DNA of 63,853 nucleotides, counting the filler, from Collodictyon triciliatum (lineage: Eukaryota), in NCBI GenBank assembly GCA_043381765.1. It is 43 parts of 43 records of this genome, joined end to end, with 100 filler letters (N's around TTAATTAATTAA, not from the genome) between each part and the next. Parts side by side here need not be neighbours in the genome. Positions count along the whole stretch, not along the records: positions 38,732 to 40,117 come from JBHJMP010011222.1; positions 40,218 to 41,604 come from JBHJMP010011223.1; positions 41,705 to 43,089 come from JBHJMP010011224.1; positions 43,190 to 44,574 come from JBHJMP010011225.1; positions 44,675 to 46,059 come from JBHJMP010011226.1; positions 46,160 to 47,544 come from JBHJMP010011227.1; positions 47,645 to 49,029 come from JBHJMP010011228.1; positions 49,130 to 50,514 come from JBHJMP010011229.1; 35 more parts are not named here. The stretch is one strand, 5' to 3'. The position numbers were made by a program, and so were the translations under genes. A model generated the notes under the pieces. It was given only the letters and a program-made list of their open reading frames with translations. It did not search any database and was not told where the DNA came from. Position 1 is the first letter of the stretch; each line of letters begins with the position of its first letter. Of the stretch, positions 38,990-51,885 are shown one piece after another.

Positions 38990-39965
38990 CTTTTAAAAGC
39001 AGCAAAGCGTCACTCCTTCCTTGTCTTATTATCAGTATGTTTAAGGTCAAAGAGCGATTATCTAAACCAGAGGAGTCATCTTACACACATCACACATCAC
39101 ACATCAGCTATGCTTGAGTTATCGCGTTGGTCTTAACACATTTTTTCTCAGCATAGAAATGAATCTTTACTTCGTTGCTGCCACTTAAAACATTATGATT
39201 TCTGCAGCTTATATATGAATCATACAAAACTCATGACATTCTCGTATCCGATGATATCGAAACACAAGCATACAAAAGCCTCGTTATGATGAAAATCTGA
39301 ACTTCCTTCGTAATAAAAAAAGGCAGTGTATCAAGCAATGTCCATGACTGCAGAAGCACACAATTTAAATTCACGGGTAATGAACAGCAGCCAAGGCGAC
39401 AATATTTCCTCACGCAACATGCCTATCACCACAACGATGCTGCATCGCAAGAAAATTGAGCCAGGACTGGGTAAAGCTATGTGTGTGGCTGCTAATTGTG
39501 AAATGCCATATGAGAAATAAAAAAATAAAAAAACATGCAAAATGAACAAAAATATTATCTGAACTCAGAAAGATTCCATTTATTGGTAACGCTGCTCGTT
39601 TGTAATGATTTATACAACAACAGACTTCTTGGCTATGAAATGAAACGCTGTGCGACGGGCCTGCATGCAAGATTGTTTGTTTGCCATTTTCATAAATTAT
39701 TTTATTTTATATTTGTTCAAAGTGGTGTAGTTTTTGGCTTTGGCTTTCTAAACTTTGTTTATATGGACGCTCATTCACATCTGATTGGTGGAGTTGTAGT
39801 CGGTAGTCAGTAATTGCATCTCGCGATTTGGCTTTTGGGCTGTCTCTTGTGCCTGCATGAGAAGTACAGTGAGGTTTCGTTTTTTTCTCAGCCTATTTCC
39901 ACATGTCTCTTCTCGCGGGGTCTGAATAATGAAGAATGCCAAGAGACTAGACAAGCTGTTGAGGA
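38990..39965 (+). repeat. About 1-kb duplicated segment, copy 1
   Basis: Colinear with the reverse complement of 50905-51885, with scattered substitutions and small indels. Confidence 0.95.
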
Positions 39966-39968
39966 ATG
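39700..39968 (-). mobile_element. Retroposon family B, decayed 3' fragment
   Basis: FLNSL..HYSDPARRDMWK*AEK..LMQAQ..PNREMQLLTTDY, homologous to 60589-60891; A-rich 3' end. Confidence 0.78.
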
Positions 39969-40217
39969 GCCAAAAAAAAAAACTCTATGAACTAAATAGT
40001 GATAATAAATGAATTATGTATGTATGTATGTATGTATGTATGTATGTATGTATGTATGTATGTATGTATGTATGTATGTATGTATGTATGTATGTATGTA
40101 TGTATGTATGTATGTATNNNNNNNNNNNNNNNNNNNNNNNNNNNNNNNNNNNNNNNNNNNNTTAATTAATTAANNNNNNNNNNNNNNNNNNNNNNNNNNN
40201 NNNNNNNNNNNNNNNNN

Positions 40218-41604
40218 ATCCGATTTTCTTCCTCTAACAATATCAAAATCAGCAGAGCGATACCACGACAGTTTGATCAAAACAAGATTACTACAAAGAT
40301 TGCTGAGTACTTACATAAACATAGCAGAGACGTTTTCAAAGAAATGAGAGTCCAATCGTTGGACTTCGAAGAATACGACAAAGTCAATGACGAAACGAGG
40401 AAGGAAGCCTGGATTTCTTCATCTTCACACAGTCAAGTGGCGAATATTGGCAAAGCTGGGGAGTCAGGAGCGAACGCAGATGATCAAAAGGGCGTTGTTT
40501 CGCCAGAAAAACTTCAACTCGAAGGAAAGGAAAAGAAGAAGGAGAGGGAGGAAGATGTCGTGCGGAGTGATAATTCTACTGAATCATCTCTAGCAAAGGA
40601 TGAAAATCAAGAAGGCCATGAAAGGCAAGAACAGGAGGATAGCCGAAATGATAGAAATCAAAGTTGCTCCAGAATCTCTATGAAAAAGAACGTGAAAGAA
40701 ATTGAAAAATATAAAACAATCATGTCGCTATTAATACCTAATAAGAAGGCTTACAATGTATTGGTTTCCATTTACAAGCTTCCCGTAACTAAATGGATTA
40801 CATTGATTATTTGGATTGTATGCAGTATACTTGCTATCTCTGTTTTCTTCCGATATCAGCTTTTGCCAGATAACTCCTACTTGGCCTTGCAGATAGTTTC
40901 AACGATTAATTGTTCTATTCAACATTTTATTTTCATTAGAGTTGACATCGTAAATGAGCTGATGAAATCATTCAGCTTTTGGTTTACTGTTCTTAATGAT
41001 TTGTCTCTTCATGTATGCTGCTTACTGCTATGGGGAGTCGACGATATTGGCAATTTTTGTGCAGCATTGCATTCATTATCCAGCATTTTATCAGTATTTA
41101 TATTCTACGATGCACATGCTGCCAAAAAGAAAGTCATTATGAGGTTTGCATCCGTAGTAGGCATTTTAAGCTACGTGCCTGTACTTGGAATATTAATATT
41201 TAAACTCGTGCCTTTTCAAAACGAAAAATTCTACTCAGATAACGGGCTTGAAATTATAGATATACGCTTGACCGCTATAGATAATTTGACCACATTGATG
41301 GTTTACTTGCTGAGGATAGTATACACTCACTTGATACAAAAAAAGTCAACAACAATAGCATTTTTGTCTCAATACTATGAATTTCAGTGTGAAAATTCTT
41401 CAATTGGATCGAATGTTCATATTCAAAAGGAAAACTCAAACGAAATCAAATCGATGAAGTCGATAATCCCACAAAGTGATGGCCAACATCAGTTAGAACC
41501 ATATCCAAATAAGAAGATTCATTCGGGTGAAACTGGACATAAGAAATCACCAAGTCAAAATTTTATTTCCATGTCACATGAGGGGAATGATAACAAAGCA
41601 AGTA
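40218..41604 (+). CDS. Multi-pass membrane protein; the whole contig is one open frame
   Basis: No stop across 1387 nt; charged N-terminal region followed by several hydrophobic segments. Confidence 0.85.
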
Positions 41605-41704
41605 NNNNNNNNNNNNNNNNNNNNNNNNNNNNNNNNNNNNNNNNNNNNTTAATTAATTAANNNNNNNNNNNNNNNNNNNNNNNNNNNNNNNNNNNNNNNN
41701 NNNN

Positions 41705-41989
41705 TCCTGAACAGCCTGCTGAAACACGCCCGCATTCTTCGCTACTCTGACCGCAAGCGAAGAGAGATGTGGGAATGTGTCGTGCGATATCTCCCACAGC
41801 ATATCCAACCACTGCTACCCACGCAGCCAATCAACCAGTTGTGTCGCCCATCTGACCAACTCGCTATCACTGATTTCTTTCCAGTGCTACCTCTCCATGG
41901 TAGTGTCTTCTCCTACTCGCGTTTGCTCCCATCCCGCCCCTTTGTATGGCATAACCTCGCTACACTTTGAATTGAATTAAGGAAAAAAA
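41705..41989 (+). mobile_element. Retroposon family A 3' end (cut by contig start)
   Basis: LNSLLKHARILRYSDRKRREMWECVVRYLPQH..QLAITDFF, same 3' UTR, tail CTTTGAATTGAATTAAGGAAAAAAA. Confidence 0.9.
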
Positions 41990-43493
41990 CGATTTATTTT
42001 AAGGAATTCATGAGCTAAGTGTAAGTGGCTAAGGTGTTCTTATAAGATGAAAAGGGGAACATACAGCCACTACCAGGAATGGAAGTCACATAAGGCGGCA
42101 CATAAGTCTGTAGAGAGGAAGATAAATGAAAGTAACGTTTCCCCCTTATTCGGTTCTAAGATAAACGAAGGCTAAGGTTACGAAGCAAGACGCATGGGGA
42201 TATGACGCGAAAAACAGATGTAAAATATTGTGATGGAGTGCAAATAGGTTCGAAGTGAGACGGGTCGATGTGCGCAATATGATTACATCACAAATATAAA
42301 TTACAAATCACTATATATTATAAAAAGTGCAGATGTTGAATTATATGGCGCTGATGGGCGATTCATTCACATTTTTGCGATATTTTTAATCGAGGAAATA
42401 CGGAACCGAGGAAACTGCCTTCGCCTCTAGGACAAAAATGAGCTGTGGACAAGACAGTGGAAAACCCCGGATTGTGTGGTTGGAGTTTTTGTGTTTTGGG
42501 TGGAAGAAGAAAAAAAAAGAAAAAGAAAGGAGAGAAAGTGTTCTCACACGCAACCTATTCTACCCGAGGTGAATCAGCTCCAACGCGATTTCTGGTTGTA
42601 TTCGAGACTGACAGAAGAGCGGATAAAGTTGTCGGGTCGATGAAAGTACACACATGACAGTTACCTCTCAAATCGATTCCGGCGAGTCCTTTCAACCGTC
42701 TATCTCAGACAAGGTTTACACCCTATTTCATTCCACAGAATGAGTCTTTTGAGGGGACAACAGGACGCTTTCCTTGCGTTTCTTGCTGGGCGACTCTGAC
42801 AAAAAGTGATGCATCGTTGTTGGTATGGTATTCACGGAAGTGGCGCTTGACCGTCCCCTGGCATCGGGACCATGCGTAGCCGGCAGTGGACTTTGCTTAA
42901 CCGGAGTATGGATACACGTTTGTGGTTTTAGAAACATATGCTCCTGCTTGCTCGGACTATCTTTGGTGTGCGAAGTTCCAAGCTTGGATTCGACTTGTGC
43001 TGTTTGCTCTTGCTCCTTGGTTCTCGGTGCGACGGGTTGGGGCAGGGTAAACGGACTATAATTGGTGGGCGCTGGTTCTTGTGTTAACTNNNNNNNNNNN
43101 NNNNNNNNNNNNNNNNNNNNNNNNNNNNNNNNNTTAATTAATTAANNNNNNNNNNNNNNNNNNNNNNNNNNNNNNNNNNNNNNNNNNNNTCTTTTCCTTT
43201 CTTTTCTTTTCTTTTCTTTTCTTTTCTTTTCTTTTCTTTTCTTTTCTTTTCTTTTCTTTTCTTTTCTTTTCTTTTCTTTTCTTTTCCCTTTTCCCTTCTT
43301 TTCCTTTCCATTTCCTTTCCTTTTCATTTCCTTTTCATTTCCTTTCTTTTCCCTTATATATTGCCGTCAAAAACCAAAGCTGCGGGGTTTCCTTCTTTAA
43401 TATTCTTCAAAACCATGTCGTACTTCAATCGTAAGGGCAGACATTCGCATTTACTTTTTCCTTCTTTCTTGTAATGAGCTTTTCACCTTGTAG

Positions 43494-44574
43494 GATTTCT
43501 GAAGCCATCCCGATGGAAATTACATCTTTAATTCCCATCGCCCTTTTCCCGATGTTTGACCTCATGAGCGGAAAGGAAGTGACCCGCTTATACTTCAATG
43601 ATTCATCGTATATATTCATTGGGTCAGGTACTTTCTCAAGGACGAGTTGTTTTGATTTTTTTCATATCTCATATTTCATAACGAGGAATAATTGAATAAG
43701 GAACAAATAAAAAAACACTTGCTCAATGTGAAACCATTTCTCTCTGTAAGATACAACTGGTAGGGAATTTATCATTTCTTTTTCTTAATCACCTTAAACA
43801 AAAAAACTTAATTTACCTTGCTATATAGGCATGTTGGCGAAAGGGGTGGAGAAATTCAACCTACACAGGAGGATTGCACTGAACATCATTGCTTTTATGG
43901 GTTCAGACCCAAGAAGGATTATTCTGTCGTTTATCGTAGCATCTGGCTTCATGTCCATGTGGATTGAGAATATATCAACATCCCTCATTATGGTCTGTTA
44001 AACAAAAATAATCAAAGAGAAGATTTGGTTGAACGAATTCATCACCCGATAATACTTAAGCATTTGAATAAAACCTTTGAAAAAATCTCAAAATAAAACA
44101 GATACCAATGGCGATAGCTATTATCCAAAAGCTAGAAACTACAGTCGAAACAGATGCACACCGTGATGCGTTCCAATCTTTTTCCACAGGACTTATACTT
44201 GCCGTCACATACTCCAATTCTATTGGGGGAACTGCGACCCTCACGGGCACCGTAAGCTATTGGTTTATATATTTACTTCCTTAGTTTTTGTCTGCTTTTT
44301 GTACTCAAGTGAATACTAATAATAACAGTAATATGAAAAATATAACAAATACAATAATCCGTATTCAGGTTCCCCAAGTCATTTTTCTTGGCCAACTGAG
44401 CAAACTTTTCCCAGGAGCGCCTCCAGTAATAATTTAATATAAACCTTTTGCGCGACTATATCCTTCTCTATTTCATGAACACAATAGTCAATGTTAGAAA
44501 ATAAAATGGATTAAACCCATTAATTTTGCTAACAGGTCTCTTTCGCTCGTTGGGCATTTTTTGCTGTCCCAGCT
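43494..44574 (+). CDS. SLC13/DASS (INDY-like) divalent-anion transporter, internal 5-exon fragment
   Basis: ISEAIPMEITSLIPIALFP, VEKFNLHRRIAL, FMSMWI, YSNSIGGTATLTGT, SFARW..FAVP. Confidence 0.93.
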
Positions 44575-45612
44575 NNNNNNNNNNNNNNNNNNNNNNNNNN
44601 NNNNNNNNNNNNNNNNNNTTAATTAATTAANNNNNNNNNNNNNNNNNNNNNNNNNNNNNNNNNNNNNNNNNNNNAAAGAAAAGAAAAGAAAAGAAAAGAA
44701 AAGAAAAGAAAAGAAAAGAAAAGAAAAGAAAAGAAAAGAAAAGAAAAGAAAAGAAAAGAAAAGAAAAAGAAAAAAGAAGAAAAGGAAGAAAAAGAAGAAA
44801 AGAAGAAAAGAAGAAAAAGAAGATACAGAATCCCCCGAGTAGCAGAAGACAGCAATCGCATACCTCTTCGAGTGAAAAGCCAAAGAGTGCTCTCAACGTC
44901 TCCCATTTTTCTCGCCGGGACTGAACAAACATCCTCACCTCAGAGTCCATCAACACAGAGGCCACACCCTATATATATTCGCAGCAGATATCCAGAGAGG
45001 TTTAGTCACTTTATAAGAAAGTATAAAACAAAACAAAACAACATAAAAGAACAGGAATAAAAAAGAAGTCGGGTGAGCATCAGGCGGGGCCGGTTGTTCT
45101 GCTCTCATCGTCCCGTTGTTGTAAAAAAGAAACCCAATAGTCTATTCTCGTTTGTTTTGTTTCAACCACCACAGCAGAAAGTCGCCAACAGACTTGCCTC
45201 TCACACAAGATTCCTTCAAGGGCTTCACAGGCTCGATAACAAAGAAAAACGAAGCAAGAGATATATATCCATGAAAACGGCAAAGAAAACATGAAGCAGA
45301 CTCTTTGCTTTACAACTCTGCGCTCTGCATCGTAATACTCAAATAGACCAAGCGATATCGACAAAAACAATCACAAAGACCTGCACTTAGAGTACTGATT
45401 CTTTTGAATACATCATCATAATATCATCGTCATGTAATCGTGTCATTCTTTATTTCTTGTAAATCCTGGTGATGATGAGTTCCTCCCTTAGTCATGGGCC
45501 AAAAAAAAAAAAAAAAGAAGAGAAAGAAAAAGAAAACAAGAGAGAAAGAAAAAAAGATTTCGCCCAGTGTTCAGCGTCTGCTCCGTTCCATCGCGAATGT
45601 GTGTTTCGGGAA

Positions 45613-46059
45613 CTAAAGAAGCTTGGACACCATGGCCAGAGTCTTGAGGCCCGGGAAGAAGCTTTGGACTTCGTTGAAGTCTGAGACGGCCAAGTCCTGC
45701 TGGATTTGATTGGCGGTGCCGTTGTCGCGGCGTTCGAGAGCTGCAATGAGGAGAGATGGTATGTGATAAGTGATTTTGGTTTTGATTTTGGTTGTGGCGG
45801 TGGTTGTGGTGGTGGTTTAGAGGGGATTGTAATCAATCTGATGATCATTTCCGTGACTCTGTATAGGTGGGTGTGCTGCAGGTAGGATGGGATGTTACCC
45901 ACATAGCAACAAAACAACAAAACAGAAACAATAAAAACAATAAAAACAATAAAAACAATAAAAACAATAAAAACAATAAAAACAATAAAAACAATAAAAA
46001 CAATAAAAACAATAAAAACAATAAAAACAAACCAGCAGTAAATCCTTGCAGTTTTTGGA
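45613..46059 (-). CDS. SEC31: Sec31 (COPII outer coat) C-terminal end; exons 46059-46033 and 45740-45613
   Basis: QKLQGFTAALERRDNGTANQIQQDLAVSDFNEVQSFFPGLKTLAMVSKLL* fits the SRA1/Sec31 C-terminal domain. Confidence 0.72.
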
Positions 46060-47373
46060 NNNNNNNNNNNNNNNNNNNNNNNNNNNNNNNNNNNNNNNNN
46101 NNNTTAATTAATTAANNNNNNNNNNNNNNNNNNNNNNNNNNNNNNNNNNNNNNNNNNNNTATACGGCCTGGAAGGAGGTGAGTCAACCATGCAGAGAAGT
46201 CCTCTTTGCACTCGACCTAGTGCTTATCAAACGAACCTCACTTCTCTTTTCACCACCCTTTTCGACAGCTTGCGCCATCAAAGCAGTATTCCTCCTCCAT
46301 CCAATCAATATCACCCGCCCCTTTTTTTTTCCCATGCTCGCGGGACACTATCACGCGTCCCCAAAAGAAATCCATGCGTCTCTTGTCAAGCCTCAAGAAC
46401 ATCTATTTTCCCTTTTTCTTTTATTTTTATACCTGTTTTTTCCTCTATCTCCCACATATCCCTACCTACTTTGGAACTACTTGCCTAATGGTTGAATGAA
46501 AGATTGTTCAGACGGGCTCAACAGCTAAGACTTTTAGAATAAAAAAATAATCATATGCTGTTTTCTGATACCAATATACGTCAAACATATAAAAACACAG
46601 AATAATCATTACGGAAAATAATATATTCTAGTTCGACAAAGTCATCACGACTATTCCATTTTTTTTACCACCAACTCTGAGCCCCATCCACAAGTCATTT
46701 CCTTTTTCTTTTTTTTTAATTTTTCTCACCTTAAATTACATCTCATTACATAATACTTCAATACCATTCCTTAATAAATTTCCGCTTTGCGCTCCTCAAT
46801 AATGATAATATAGTGAATAAATACTGCACAAAGAAAAGCTAAAATATAATAATAAAAAACAAAGAACGAATTGATAATTTTCAGTCCAAGACAGCGTGAC
46901 TTTACAAATTGCAACATAGCTATACAGGTTCTGTATGCTAGTGTTCATTGATTTTTTTTATTTATTATCTGAAATATCTGCTTCATGTTGTGTTGGTTAT
47001 ATTTGCTATTGTAAATTTAATGCGGACTATATGTCAGCAATTCATGATGAATTTTGTTCCTTATTTTGTTTTCATGGCTCTAATTATTTTGTTTGTTCTG
47101 AATAATGTCTCTGTCTGGCTATTGAAAATTTTATGACTTGTAAACGCGTCACATCATCAAAAATGAACTTCAAATATATCAACGGTTTCCTATCGTTGCA
47201 GGCCGCTATGCCACTTTGTACTGTATCATACACATAAAATGTGAATAGGATGTTTATTCGTTAAATAATAGCCATAAACACAACGTATAAGTCACTATTG
47301 TGGTTACTACACAGCGGCGCGCAGTGTAATCTCTGAGAAAATAGACAAATATAGATGCACACAAACTGGCCAA

Positions 47374-47478
47374 TTTTTTCCTTTATTCGTCATAAAGTGC
47401 AGCAAGGTTATGCCATACAAAAGGGCGAGATAGGTTCTGATGATAGATAGCAAACGCGAGTAGGAGAAGACACTACCG
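47374..47478 (-). mobile_element. Retroposon family A 3' UTR fragment
   Basis: Reverse complement GGTAGTGTCTTCTCCTACTCGCGTTTGCT..CTTTTGTATGGCATAACCTTGCTGCACTTTATGACGAATAAAGGAAAAAA. Confidence 0.88.
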
Positions 47479-47816
47479 GGGGGGGGGGGGGGGGGGGGGG
47501 GAACAAAAAAAAAAAAAGGGGGTGGGGGGGGGGGGTGGGGGGGGNNNNNNNNNNNNNNNNNNNNNNNNNNNNNNNNNNNNNNNNNNNNTTAATTAATTAA
47601 NNNNNNNNNNNNNNNNNNNNNNNNNNNNNNNNNNNNNNNNNNNNCGGGGGCCAGAAGCGCGCATTCGGCTCGGCCAGAGACGCCCAGTTCTTTGTCAGCT
47701 CCGGTGCATTTGGCCGCAAATCTTACGGGCCTGTCACAGAGCGTGTTTTTGGAACACCTATTAAGAATATTTCGCAGGCAATCTACTAAACAATTCTTAT
47801 TATTCATAAAAATTGT

Positions 47817-49029
47817 TTACGCGGATGATAAAGCAGGACTACAGTTAAATCGAGTTGAATCAATCATCCAGCGTCCTATAGTGGTACGGAAATTAGTAGC
47901 TTTAAAACTGGTACCTTCTGTTACAGTGTAAGTTGTGCCTCCAAGTGCGATACCTGTGCCACTGGAACCAAGCACAAAGGCGTTATTTGCTGGACTGGCT
48001 GAATCAAACCGCACAATCTGAGACCCTGTTCCACTTCTACCCGACAACATCCAAACCATGACTTGAATTTCTAGTCCATCCGGGGCATCACCACTTGCCG
48101 GAAAGACAACTACTGCATTTGAGCTTCCTGAACCCGCTTTTGTTAATATGATTTTACTAGGAGTATTTCGACTCACTGTGTGCGTGCCGCTGTCGTGAAT
48201 CATCCAATCAGTAATCGGCGCCTTAAACAATCGTAGCGAGTTTTGAACTTCGGTATCATTAAGGGTAAAATTAACTGTTGTGGAAGAATTTAAAAGTACA
48301 TTCATTGTAGAGCTTGCTCCTGAGTTAGTTCCTTGTAATCGACAAATATTAGCGGGTAAATTTTGTGCACCAAAATCTATAGCTGTAGTAACTTTTAATG
48401 GGTCGGGCACAGATACTGTCGTTTGTAGCCCATCAATCCATATGTACCAGATACATGTTGTGGGATTCAGGTGATGATATATACACGTATACACACCACC
48501 CTCAATAATTTCATATGTGTTGTTAGCAGTCACTACGGTTTTTGTATTGTTGTGCATAATATGTAATTGTATCCCCGTGGCGCCAGCGGTTTGACCTGTA
48601 TTTAAAAAGACTTGCGCTGTTGCGCCTGAGGTTGAATCTCGATAGGGAATAAATACATGCTGTTGTCCAGATATCCAACTATGAGTAAGATGTGGCAATG
48701 TAATTGTAATATTTGAAGAGGTTTGAACTAAAATTCTATTAACAACAGGAGTCACTGTAGAAACTGTAAAATTACCTGTCCTATTTTCAATCGGGGTTCG
48801 CATAGCTTTTTTCATTACAAACGCTTCTTCAGTATTGGCAATTCCCTCATCACCAACCATTGTACCTGATCTTTCACAAGTTAAAACATTTATTCCTCTT
48901 GAATAAACGAGGGTCCTATCGTTGAAATTGTCAAATCTTATGCCTGAATTCGTACTTGCTGTATTATACACCCCAGCAGTTGCACCTAAATTAGCTACGA
49001 CACCAATGCCGCCGTTTGCTCCTGTGACA
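47817..49029 (-). CDS. Intronless T/S/G/N-rich beta-strand protein, virus fibre/structural-protein-like (5' truncated)
   Basis: About 400 codons open from the contig edge; two related modules (FTVSTVTP..ILV..ITITLP..SGQQHVFI and HTVSRNTP..IIL..VVVFP..DGLEIQVM). Confidence 0.6.
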
Positions 49030-50904
49030 NNNNNNNNNNNNNNNNNNNNNNNNNNNNNNNNNNNNNNNNNNNNTTAATTAATTAANNNNNNNNNNNNNNN
49101 NNNNNNNNNNNNNNNNNNNNNNNNNNNNNAAAAAAAAAAAACAAAGCTTAAACTTTATTTATTAACGAAGGACGAGCCGAATGGACAGATTCAAGCAAAA
49201 CCCGTTTTGTTGTGTATTCAAAGAGAATAGAAGAATGGGCCGATATGATATATAAATGGGTCTTTTTACACAGCACCAATTTTGACGCCTTTTTTTTTTC
49301 CTTATAAGATAGTCTTTCACTTTTATTTGTCTGTGCATGTTTTTTCGCAGTATGATACTCACAGCTACTTCATGAGTAATTCTATGTGCGCTTTCTAAAT
49401 CCGTTTGCAATCACAGGTTTATGACAGCGGACTCACGGACACAGTCATGACAGTATTTGAAATACACTCAGGCGATGCAGGGAGGGGACAACGTGAGTGA
49501 TGAAATACTTTACTAAAGCACAAACATATTTCTGTGCTAAAACTCTTCAAATCATCTTGAAATATACCTTAAATATTTCAAAAAAAAAAGATAAACTGCC
49601 AATTCATTATTCATGCATATTAATACACATTCATAATGAATAGCTTTCTATGGGTTGGATCCGTTTATAATGACAAAAGCATTGCTCGTCCTTCAGAGCC
49701 GCGGTAAAGCGCAGGTTTTCCGCGGGTCCACTACAGACGAGGATGGTGTCAAGTTCTTTGCTTAATTGGAGCCAATAAAGAGTACAACCGCTCATTCAGA
49801 GATTTTACATCATATTTACAGCCCCAAAAATAAGCACTGGTATTTGTTTTTTTCTGAATACGATGAAGAGATAAAGACCCTTCACGCGCTATTGTGGTTC
49901 CATAAGCGACGAGTTTGCAAGATGCCCTTTATAAGAATGGGATGTAAGGGGAGAAAATATGGTTCTTGCATCAACCAAAAAGAAAATGTCGAGCAGATAT
50001 GAATGCATCAGGCGGTGTGGTATATGCTCTTTCTTTTTATTTTTATTTGTAGAATAGCAAGCGGTACAAAGAAAGGCATTCGCACAATTGTGAATCATCC
50101 TTGCCCAGAATCAGTAGCCATCAACATCACGTAAATAGTCCAATACGCCCATACAAACAACCGGATATTATGTCCCACTCAGTCATTCGCACCAACCACC
50201 GACCTACTGCTCCTTATTATTATTATTATTAATATTATTATTATTATTGAAACAATCACTACACCAGCCAAGGCTAAAACACTTGGATTTTTCAAAGCAA
50301 ATAAATGTCTCGGGATATAATCCACACAAACCCATGGGATATAATATTCCCTCATCTCTTTTTTTTCCCTTATGCATGGTGTTTTATCTAGTCGTGGTTT
50401 CCTCATGTACAGCTATTCACTAACAAATCTCTTGCTTTGTGTCTCTTTGGTTGTCTCTGCTGCATATCAGTAGTATATGAGAAGGAAAAGCCTGCTGACG
50501 AGCGAGTTCTGCTTNNNNNNNNNNNNNNNNNNNNNNNNNNNNNNNNNNNNNNNNNNNNTTAATTAATTAANNNNNNNNNNNNNNNNNNNNNNNNNNNNNN
50601 NNNNNNNNNNNNNNACATACATACATACATACATACATACATACATACATACATACATACATACATACATACATACATACATACATACATAAAAACAATA
50701 ATATAGACTATTAATTTTTTTCAAATATAAACATATGGTAAATAAATAATGAATTAATCATTTAAAAATAAATTAAATAACGATAATTAAACAAGAAACC
50801 AAAAGTACGGCAAGAGTTATGTCAAAATACCTAGCAAGGTGCATATTACCAGGATATTTTATCATTATTTAGTTCATTGTGTTCGTATATAATTTATACT
50901 TTTC

Positions 50905-51885
50905 CCCAACAGCTTATCTAGTCACTTTACTTCTTCATTATTCATACCCTGTGAGAAGAGACATGTGGAAATAGGCTGAGAAAGAAAAAACGAAACCTCA
51001 CTGTACTTCTCATGCAGGCACAAGACACAGCCCAAAAGCCAAACTGCGAGATGCAATTCCTGACTACCAACTACAACTCCACCAATCAGATGTGAATGGG
51101 CGTCCATATAAACAAAGTTTAGAAAGCCAAAGCCAGAATCTCCAACACCACTTTGAACAAATATAAAATAATGATTTATGAAATTGGCAAAAAGACAATC
51201 TTGCATGCAGGCCCGTCGCAAAGCGTTTCATTTCATAGCCAAGAAGCCTGTTGATGTATGAATCATTACAAACAAGGAGCGTTACCAATAAATGGAATCT
51301 TTCTGAGTTCAGATAATATTTTTGTTCACTTTGCATGTTTTTTATTTTCATTTCTCATATGGCATTACACAATTAGCAGCCGCACACATAGTTTTACCCA
51401 GTCCTGGCTCAATCTTCTTGCGATGCGGCATCGTTGTGGTGATAGTCATGTTGAATGAGGAAATATTGTCGCATTGGCTGCCGTTCATTCCCCGTGAATT
51501 TAAATTGCGTGCTTCTGCAGTCATGGACATTGCTTTATATACTTCCTCTTTTTTTTATTGCGAGAGAAGTGCAGATTTGCATCATAACGATGGCTTTTGT
51601 ATGCTTGTGTTTTGATATCATCGAATACGAGAATGTCTTGAGTTTTGTATGATTCATATATAAGCTGCAGAAATCATGATGTTTTAAGTGGCAGCAACGA
51701 AGTAAAGATTCATTTCTATGCTGGGAAAAAATGTGTGAAGACCAGCGCGATAACTTAAGCACAGCTGATATGTGACGTGTGATGTGTGTATAGGATGACT
51801 CCTCTGGTTTAGATAATTGCTCTTTGACGTTAAAGATACTGATAATAAGACAAGGAAGGAGTGACGCTTTGCTGCTTTTAAAAAT
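50905..51885 (-). repeat. About 1-kb duplicated segment, copy 2 (includes a family B fragment on + at about 50905-51172)
   Basis: Reverse complement of 38990-39965; same flanking (TATG)n and T/C-rich repeats. Confidence 0.95.

Noticed and set aside
47478-47544. Poly-G tract as a G-quadruplex element
   Set aside because: Starts abruptly inside a retroposon copy at a contig end; resembles a no-signal G run from two-colour sequencing
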